64,000 nucleotides of DNA. Source: a virus. Numbering within the stretch: position 1 is the stretch's first letter; each line of letters begins with the position of its first letter. Of the stretch, positions 58,021-64,000 are shown piece after piece. A model generated the notes under the pieces. That model saw only the letters and a list, made by a program, of their open reading frames with translations, was not told the DNA's origin and made no database searches. The stretch lies in IMG/VR virus record IMGVR_UViG_3300042348_000780; one strand, written 5' to 3'. A program made the translations under genes and the position numbers.

Positions 58021-58734
58021 TTAACCTCTTTTGCGTCTTGGTCCTGTGTAAGCGTCTGGTCCACGCAATTTAAGAATAGCATCTATTTGTGTGGCCACTT
58101 GTGGTGGTTGATTTGGTATTCTTACTTCTCCACGTGATCCACCCAAAGCTGATTTTAAATCTCCAGCTAATGTTTTATCGGTTGGATTTGATCCAAAAGG
58201 AACTCCTCTTACTACTGATGATACCTTAGTTCCTGTTATTTTTGTTGTAGGAACATTTAGAAATAATTCTCCAGTTTCTGGATTTGTATTAATATTCATT
58301 CCTCTAGATCTTGCTAATAATGCAGCTTTTTCTCGATCTGAAGATTTTCCTAAAATGTTAAAAAGCTTTTTGTGGTGTCTAGCCAACATAGCTCTACCTT
58401 CTTTAGTGTCTGGATAGTCTGCTCCTATCATTTCAGATAATATTGATTTATAATGATTTTTTAAATCTTGAGCAGTATAATTACTTTCACCCATTATTAT
58501 ATTATCTGCTCTATTCATTCCAGTTATCCACCTAGTCAATCTTGCAATATTTCTTCGAGCTAGTTCTCTTGCATTATTTCTTCTGTTAGGATCATCAGTT
58601 TTTTCGCTACTATCTAGAATTCCTCTAGTTTTACGATTTAAATCTTTAGCTTGTGACATCCGTTTGTCAATATATCTATTTAATATTCCTCGTCCTCTTG
58701 GGGTGTCTCCGATTTCATTTATTTGCTCTTTCAT
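58021..58734 (-). CDS. Basic putative internal head protein
   Basis: Repeated INE-IGDT..GR / LSE...DT.EGR modules; late promoter upstream. Confidence 0.6.
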   Translation of the reverse strand: MKEQINEIGDTPRGRGILNRYIDKRMSQAKDLNRKTRGILDSSEKTDDPNRRNNARELARRNIARLTRWITGMNRADNIIMGESNYTAQDLKNHYKSILSEMIGADYPDTKEGRAMLARHHKKLFNILGKSSDREKAALLARSRGMNINTNPETGELFLNVPTTKITGTKVSSVVRGVPFGSNPTDKTLAGDLKSALGGSRGEVRIPNQPPQVATQIDAILKLRGPDAYTGPRRKRG

Positions 58735-58749
58735 ATATTTCTCCAGACA

Positions 58750-58761
58750 TATTTATAAATA
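58750..58761. promoter_or_regulatory. Palindromic back-to-back late promoter TATTTATAAATA
   Basis: TATAAATA on + (58754-58761) and on - (58750-58757), between divergent genes. Confidence 0.7.
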
Positions 58762-58766
58762 TTGAT

Positions 58767-59321
58767 ATGTTAATAGCAGGAATTGATTATTCTTTAAATG
58801 GTCCAGCAATCTGTGTATTCGAAGGAAAAGAATATTTTACATTTGAAAAATGTCAATTTTATTTTTTAACCGATGTAAAAAAGAATGCTACTATATTTTT
58901 AAAAAATATTCATGGTAAACTATTTGACGATTATGAAGAAGAGTGTGAAAGATATGACACAATATCAGATTGGGTGATGAATAAAATAATAGGCTGTGAA
59001 CAGGTAGCATTAGAGGATTATGCATTTAATGCTCAAGGAAGAGTATTTCATATAGCAGAAAATACTGGAATATTAAAATATAAATGTTATCAGAATTCTA
59101 TACCACTTGAGGTTGTTTCACCTTCGCATGTGAAGAAAATAGCCACGGGTAAAGGCAATGCTGATAAACTTCAAATGTATCAGGCTTTTTTGAAAGAAAC
59201 TTCTGTCCCATTGAAAGATATAATATCCCCAAATAAAAAAGATATCGGAAATCCAGTTTCCGATATCATTGATTCTTATTATATTTGTAAAAATCTTTTT
59301 TTACAGCTTAAGATTTCTTAG
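58767..59321 (+). CDS. RuvC/RNase H-fold nuclease (resolvase-like)
   Basis: IAGIDYS...PA, LEDY, IAENTG.LK, KK.ATGKGNADK, DIIDS; start reassigned to ATG 58767. Confidence 0.78.
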   Translation: MLIAGIDYSLNGPAICVFEGKEYFTFEKCQFYFLTDVKKNATIFLKNIHGKLFDDYEEECERYDTISDWVMNKIIGCEQVALEDYAFNAQGRVFHIAENTGILKYKCYQNSIPLEVVSPSHVKKIATGKGNADKLQMYQAFLKETSVPLKDIISPNKKDIGNPVSDIIDSYYICKNLFLQLKIS

Positions 59322-59835
59322 TCTTTTTTTCATCTACAAAACCATCACCATTTTTATCTTCACCTTTGCCTTGAAGGTAATACCACGCTAATCCAAAGAC
59401 AAGTGTTAAGTAAAATAATAAAGCATACCAATTCACTCTGCTCATCTTTACTTCTGTGCCTACAGGTAATTTAACTTCGGTCTGTGCTTCAATATTAATC
59501 TTTGTTGTATCAACAGTTTGAATACTAGTATTTTCTGGTAGAATTACAGTAGTATTTTTAGGAATAATAACTTCTTGTGGTTTTTCAATAATTGGTTCTT
59601 CAGATGGTTCTGGTTTTATTATAACCACAGTATCATGCTCTAGAGTTACTTCGGTCTTTTTCTCTGAATCTGTTTTAATATGAGATCCTTTTGGAAGATC
59701 AGCAGTAGTATCTTTTGCTATAACTGTGTCAGTTGTTTTATTAAGAACATCTGGAGTCGTTTCCACACCATTTGTTTTACATACAGACTTACAAGATGCT
59801 AATACACATAGTATTAAAATTAATAGTTTTTTCAT
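59308..59835 (-). CDS. Lipoprotein with C-terminal TM helix (candidate unimolecular spanin)
   Basis: MKKLLILILCVLAS-C lipobox; beta-rich middle; TM WYALLFYLTLVFGLAWYYL; charged tail. Confidence 0.6.
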   Translation of the reverse strand: MKKLLILILCVLASCKSVCKTNGVETTPDVLNKTTDTVIAKDTTADLPKGSHIKTDSEKKTEVTLEHDTVVIIKPEPSEEPIIEKPQEVIIPKNTTVILPENTSIQTVDTTKINIEAQTEVKLPVGTEVKMSRVNWYALLFYLTLVFGLAWYYLQGKGEDKNGDGFVDEKKTKKS

Positions 59836-60266
59836 GATTTATTTCCTGCTGTAGCACTACCAAAATAGAACCCAACAATCGCTAATAAAATCTGGCGATT
59901 CTCTTGGGTAAACAAATATCCATTCACCGTTTGAAAAATAGTTTCTGATGTTTGTGGAATCAAACCAAATAAAATTTCTGGATGTGTTTGATTGATTTCA
60001 ACAACTGTTGGTATTCCAAAGAATGGAAGAACGAATGGTGCTGCTATTGTACCAAACAAAACTGCCAAGACAATGATTTGTCGTACTGCTTTACCAGCAT
60101 CAATCGGTACTCTTTTAGCAGCGGTTTCTCTTGTCTTTTCGTTAAAGTTATTAATATCTAATAGTCTTTTAAAGTTTTCTTGTTCTGATTGGCGTTTTTC
60201 TGCCATATAGCGAAACAAGAATCCAGTAGCAGATCCACCGATAAGTGTTAGAAGTTCTATTGGCAT
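59832..60266 (-). CDS. Holin-like membrane protein
   Basis: Hydrophobic segments; C-terminal AIVGFYFGS. Confidence 0.55.
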   Translation of the reverse strand: MPIELLTLIGGSATGFLFRYMAEKRQSEQENFKRLLDINNFNEKTRETAAKRVPIDAGKAVRQIIVLAVLFGTIAAPFVLPFFGIPTVVEINQTHPEILFGLIPQTSETIFQTVNGYLFTQENRQILLAIVGFYFGSATAGNKS

Positions 60267-60457
60267 TTCTTTTTGACTCCCTGTAAGACAATATAATTTT
60301 GAGGAATATCTTCTGGATTCATTTCTGCTCTTTTGACGGCTGCTTCAAATTCTCTTTTAGTCAAAAGCAATTCATATTGAAAACCATCAGAACTGACATG
60401 TGTACAAAAGACATATTCAAGTGCTTCATTACCTTTTTTTATTTTATTTTTTTTCAT
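60257..60457 (-). CDS. Small hypothetical protein
   Basis: LLLT.REF..A..RA..NPED. Confidence 0.55.
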   Translation of the reverse strand: MKKNKIKKGNEALEYVFCTHVSSDGFQYELLLTKREFEAAVKRAEMNPEDIPQNYIVLQGVKKKCQ

Positions 60458-60493
60458 ATTAGACCTATGAAAGTGTAAAATACAATATAAATC

Positions 60494-60973
60494 TTAATTA
60501 ACACGTTTTCTCCTCAATATTTTTTGTGCTCTGGTATATTTTTTCTGTGCTGATTTGCTCAGAAAAGTATCTGGTAAATCATTAACATTTTCTGGATTTG
60601 GTGATACTCCAGATATTCCACCACCACCAACAGACAATTCTTCATTTAAATAATTCATTATATTTTCAAAAACAATATCTTTATCACCACCAAGTTTTTC
60701 AACATCCTCAGAAAATAAGGAAATAGCCGTGGTTAAATTTTTAAGTTTTGCTTTTGTATTTGGATTTGGAATCTGAGCAAGAAGTTTTTTGATGTTTAAT
60801 ATCAATTGATCATATGGATTTATTTTAGTGTCAATTAATATTTCACCGCTTTCATCTATAATACCATCCATGAATAATTTTGTTTTATTGTATGGTGTGG
60901 TAATATCTTTAATAAATTTAAAAAGAGTAAATGAATTTATTAGTTGATTTATATTTGTTGATTCATTTAACAT
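60494..60973 (-). CDS. Conserved T4-like hypothetical protein
   Basis: FKFIK.ITTP...T..F..GIIDE.G. Confidence 0.65.
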   Translation of the reverse strand: MLNESTNINQLINSFTLFKFIKDITTPYNKTKLFMDGIIDESGEILIDTKINPYDQLILNIKKLLAQIPNPNTKAKLKNLTTAISLFSEDVEKLGGDKDIVFENIMNYLNEELSVGGGGISGVSPNPENVNDLPDTFLSKSAQKKYTRAQKILRRKRVN

Positions 60974-61343
60974 CTTTTAATATCTCTAATATATTTTTAT
61001 CAATTGGTATAGTTTCTATATTTACTTCTGGAATATATGATGGAAGATAGTTTAAATGATATAAAAAAGATTTTAAATATGAATGAAGATTAGATGGTAT
61101 TTTAAAAAATAGTATTCTTGATATATTGTAAGCACCAAACATATTTTGAAGAGTTATGATATGATTTAATAATAATCTTTCTTTTAATATTTGATCTTTT
61201 TTATATTTTAATAACAATCTTTTAATATATTTGATTCTATTTAAATCTTCTTTAAATTCATGAAAACCCACACAACTCGGGTTTTCATATGCCTTCATTG
61301 TAAACATTATAAAAGTATCTGATGTTAACTTTTCACCAAACAT
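60963..61343 (-). CDS. Conserved T4-like hypothetical protein
   Basis: YENP.C...EF.EDL.RIKYIKRLL.KY, LKERL.LNHII.L.N.FG. Confidence 0.7.
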   Translation of the reverse strand: MFGEKLTSDTFIMFTMKAYENPSCVGFHEFKEDLNRIKYIKRLLLKYKKDQILKERLLLNHIITLQNMFGAYNISRILFFKIPSNLHSYLKSFLYHLNYLPSYIPEVNIETIPIDKNILEILKDVK

Positions 61344-61348
61344 TCAAA

Positions 61349-62182
61349 TTATTCGCCACTCAGTGTTTTCATTCCTTTAAACTTCTTCATCAGATGATTA
61401 GAAACACGCTTGATGAGTGCGTCATCTACCTTATTCTTATTTATTTTACCCATACCAGCCAATTTACGAACAGCTGATTTTGCTGCAAAGGTTAATCTTG
61501 TTGTTGCTTCCTCATGAGTAAGTTTTTTCTTACCCTTCATTACAACCAAACTTCTGAATACTGGCTCTATGACCTTTGTCTTGATTTTTGGATTTTTCAT
61601 GATCATGTTCATCACGGAAAGACCCATGTCCTTTGATTCCATAAGCATTTCACCAGATTCATCATATTGTTCTTCAACTTGTGGTGTTGGAGTGTTATTT
61701 TCTGCCTGATCAATTAAACCAGACTTAGTGATCTGTATATCTGTGAAGTACATCTTTCCAGTTGGTGTACCTGTCAAAGTAAAGGAAAGATTTAGAGGAA
61801 CATATTCTTTACCTTTGTCAAATCCATTCTTCAATAAATCATGGGTAGGTGTAGTTCCGAAGATTTCTCCATAACGATTGAGTTGAAAGGAATGACTTCC
61901 TGTTGATAATTTAGTTTTGGAATTAAAATCAAAATCAAGTCCAGCATGGTTAAGTTTAGATCTAAGTAGATTTATTGCGGCTTCTGGTTCAATATAAGAA
62001 CCTCCGAGATAAGCATTGACGAATGCCTGCATTCTCTTTAGTTGGTCTGGATCGTCACGGAAAAGGCCAAAATCACTATGTGCTGATCTTGGTGTCTGAG
62101 TAAGATATTTATCGAATCCAGAACCGTCAACGGTTTGTTCATTTTCAACTAATCTTGATAATAGTTTTTTGAAAAGACTCAT
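61349..62182 (-). CDS. Hypothetical protein, possible internal head protein
   Basis: MSLFKKLLSRLVE N-terminus; internal LME site. Confidence 0.55.
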   Translation of the reverse strand: MSLFKKLLSRLVENEQTVDGSGFDKYLTQTPRSAHSDFGLFRDDPDQLKRMQAFVNAYLGGSYIEPEAAINLLRSKLNHAGLDFDFNSKTKLSTGSHSFQLNRYGEIFGTTPTHDLLKNGFDKGKEYVPLNLSFTLTGTPTGKMYFTDIQITKSGLIDQAENNTPTPQVEEQYDESGEMLMESKDMGLSVMNMIMKNPKIKTKVIEPVFRSLVVMKGKKKLTHEEATTRLTFAAKSAVRKLAGMGKINKNKVDDALIKRVSNHLMKKFKGMKTLSGE

Positions 62183-63099
62183 TATGCTCTCCCTTTAGAT
62201 TTTCTTGATTTTGTTATTTTTTTTGCAGCAGCTTCTGCTTTTCTAGCTTTCTTTTTTGCTTCATCTCTGCCTCTATCTAAGGATCTGATCAATTTCTTTT
62301 GATCCTTGAGTTTTTGTTCTGCTGTTTTTTCTTTTTTCTTTGGTGCAGCTTTTGCTTTCTTTGACTTCTTGGTTCTGCGCTTTTCACCTGGCTGTGCAGC
62401 ACCCTTCTTACCACCACGCATCATCATGGTTATAAATGTGGCATATCGATAGCGAGCATTTTCATCAGTATCATTGCCCTTGGTTGCTCTTATTTTTGCT
62501 TTTACTTTTCTGCTGCGAGCAATTCTATCTCTTTTAATAATCTCAGCCTTTGTCATAGTGCCACGATTATCTGGATTTACGATTTCTTCAGAGACTATTC
62601 CAGAATTCAATAATGCTTTCTCAACAATACCTTTTTTTGGTAATTTTCGTTTTGAATTATTTTTTCTCAATGATTTAATCTGTTGATAAATATAACCTCT
62701 AACAAGACTAGCATCTCGGTTTCTTTGTTTAATCTCTTTTGGTGTTAAAACCTTAGGATCTACAGGTGGTTTATTTACGATTTCTTCAGAGACTATTCCA
62801 GAATTATTTGATTCTGTCCGATATTTTTTCCGAAAAATTAATTGCCTATCACGAATAATCTTATGTGCATTTTTAGGTAGAACTCCTCTAGCAATTAATT
62901 GGTTTACATAATTCCTTTTTGCTGGTGAATTTCCTCTACCAAATAATCTATTAACGTGTATAAGCATTTCCCTATGTTTATCATCTGCATATTCGATTTC
63001 TTCAGAGACTATTCCAGAATTCAATAGTGCTTGCTCAACACGCTCATAGACATTAGCGTTTTCTCTTGCTTTTGATTTTAGTTCTTTTTTTGATTTCAT
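62182..63099 (-). CDS. Very basic modular putative internal head (poly)protein
   Basis: NSGIVSEEI occurs three times, separating Lys/Arg-rich modules. Confidence 0.65.
   Translation of the reverse strand: MKSKKELKSKARENANVYERVEQALLNSGIVSEEIEYADDKHREMLIHVNRLFGRGNSPAKRNYVNQLIARGVLPKNAHKIIRDRQLIFRKKYRTESNNSGIVSEEIVNKPPVDPKVLTPKEIKQRNRDASLVRGYIYQQIKSLRKNNSKRKLPKKGIVEKALLNSGIVSEEIVNPDNRGTMTKAEIIKRDRIARSRKVKAKIRATKGNDTDENARYRYATFITMMMRGGKKGAAQPGEKRRTKKSKKAKAAPKKKEKTAEQKLKDQKKLIRSLDRGRDEAKKKARKAEAAAKKITKSRKSKGRA
62580..63021. repeat. Three identical 28-nt direct repeats CGATTTCTTCAGAGACTATTCCAGAATT
   Basis: Copies at 62580, 62778 and 62994; periods of 198 and 216 nt keep the frame. Confidence 0.9.
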
Positions 63100-63118
63100 T
63101 GTTTTCCTCTATATTTAT

Positions 63119-63778
63119 TTAATATTTACATTGTCTTCCAGCAGGGCATGATGCCTTCGATCCTTTTGGGCCAGCCCATAGTTTTTTACATGCCCAATAC
63201 TGAGCAGATAATTTTGATTTCTTTTCATCACATTTATGTCTGGCTCTAAATGATTTTCTAGCAGCAGACGAGTAATTGTGACCATAACCTTTAGCACCAA
63301 AATGTACGATTTGTTCCTTGCCACCTTCACATGCCTTTACCATCATCTTTTTTCCAGGACTTGTGGATGGAACAGGTTTATTACATTTCATTGAATCTTT
63401 TGATTCATTTACTGATTTCCATTTTCCACCCTTACTATTATAAATTCCAACCAATCTTCCCATTTTTAATGCGCCATGTTTTTGATGTGCATTTTGTGCT
63501 TTTATTCTTGCCCATAGAGATGGATTGGTTGGGACGTTTTCTTCACTTAAATGAGAACTTACACGTTCTCTGCTTTTTTGTTTTCTGCGTATGGCTTTTA
63601 TTTTTTGAGATTTAGTCATTTGTCCCCAGGTTTCTGGTGTCTTTCTAGATATTTTTCTTGATGGTCTACACTTTGGATATTTACCTCTTTTATAAGATTC
63701 ACCAGATCCACATTCTTTACCATATTGGTCTTTCCATTTTTCTTTAAACCATCTACGAAGATCTTCTTTAATGTCCAT
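63119..63778 (-). CDS. Basic multi-module phage protein (putative internal head protein)
   Basis: Modules IKE-DLRRWFKEKW..KYPKCRP, LSE-ENVPTNPSLW and VNE-...VHFG...SFRARHKC...YWAC. Confidence 0.65.
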   Translation of the reverse strand: MDIKEDLRRWFKEKWKDQYGKECGSGESYKRGKYPKCRPSRKISRKTPETWGQMTKSQKIKAIRRKQKSRERVSSHLSEENVPTNPSLWARIKAQNAHQKHGALKMGRLVGIYNSKGGKWKSVNESKDSMKCNKPVPSTSPGKKMMVKACEGGKEQIVHFGAKGYGHNYSSAARKSFRARHKCDEKKSKLSAQYWACKKLWAGPKGSKASCPAGRQCKY

Positions 63779-64000
63779 TATCAGCTCTATTCTCAGATTT
63801 ATCTCTGACTCTCAAGTTTTTAACAGAATTATTTTGTGGGTTTCCATCTTTATGATCCACGTCCTTGCCATCACCTTTACGAACTCTTCCCATCTTCATT
63901 AATTTTCTTCTGGCAAGAACACGCTTGACTCTATTTGCTCTTTGTTTTGCTTTTGAATGATAATTATCATATTCTCTTCTGTAGTTTCTTGCTTTTTTCT
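63768..64000 (-). CDS. HNH-domain protein (5'-partial)
   Basis: Minus strand reads RNYRREYDNYH...GDGKDVDHKDGNPQNNSVKNLRV...NRADNGH*. Confidence 0.75.
   Translation of the reverse strand, partial: KKARNYRREYDNYHSKAKQRANRVKRVLARRKLMKMGRVRKGDGKDVDHKDGNPQNNSVKNLRVRDKSENRADNGH

Noticed and set aside
62580-63021. Direct repeats resembling a CRISPR array
   Set aside because: Spacers are 170-188 nt, in frame within a protein, the repeat is not palindromic, and no cas genes are present.
1-64000. Stop-codon reassignment
   Set aside because: Core genes are full length in the standard code, end in TAA, TGA or TAG, and no suppressor tRNA is seen. The TGA at 38795 is followed by further stops.

Overview
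AT-rich 64-kb segment of a large T4-like myovirus genome in the standard genetic code. The T4-type replication core is recognisable: uvsW, gp55, gp47, gp46, gp45, gp44, gp62, regA, gp43, uvsX, gp41, gp61, thyX and a class II RNR. It is interrupted by two large blocks. (1) About 31 kb between regA and the polymerase holds a 12-gene sugar-biosynthesis and glycosyltransferase cluster (including RfbH/DdhC, a YerE-like ThDP enzyme, NeuB and a GT2-TPR protein), followed by late-promoter-driven fibre/collagen-like virion genes rich in G-x-T/S motifs and full of duplication scars. (2) About 8 kb splits the DNA polymerase into gp43A and gp43B and carries a SPOUT RNA methyltransferase, two tRNAs, a tRNA-like RNA with a truncated anticodon arm, a PEP-CTERM-type sorted protein, a degenerate 2-hydroxyacid-dehydrogenase-like protein and gmd. 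The right end encodes a dockerin-tailed serine protease, a RuvC-like nuclease, a holin-like gene with a candidate unimolecular spanin, and basic putative internal head proteins, one built from cassettes separated by identical 28-nt repeats. The PEP-CTERM and dockerin-like motifs suggest a Planctomycetota (Phycisphaerae-like) host, which is an inference. All calls come from motif recognition by eye; no database searches were run.
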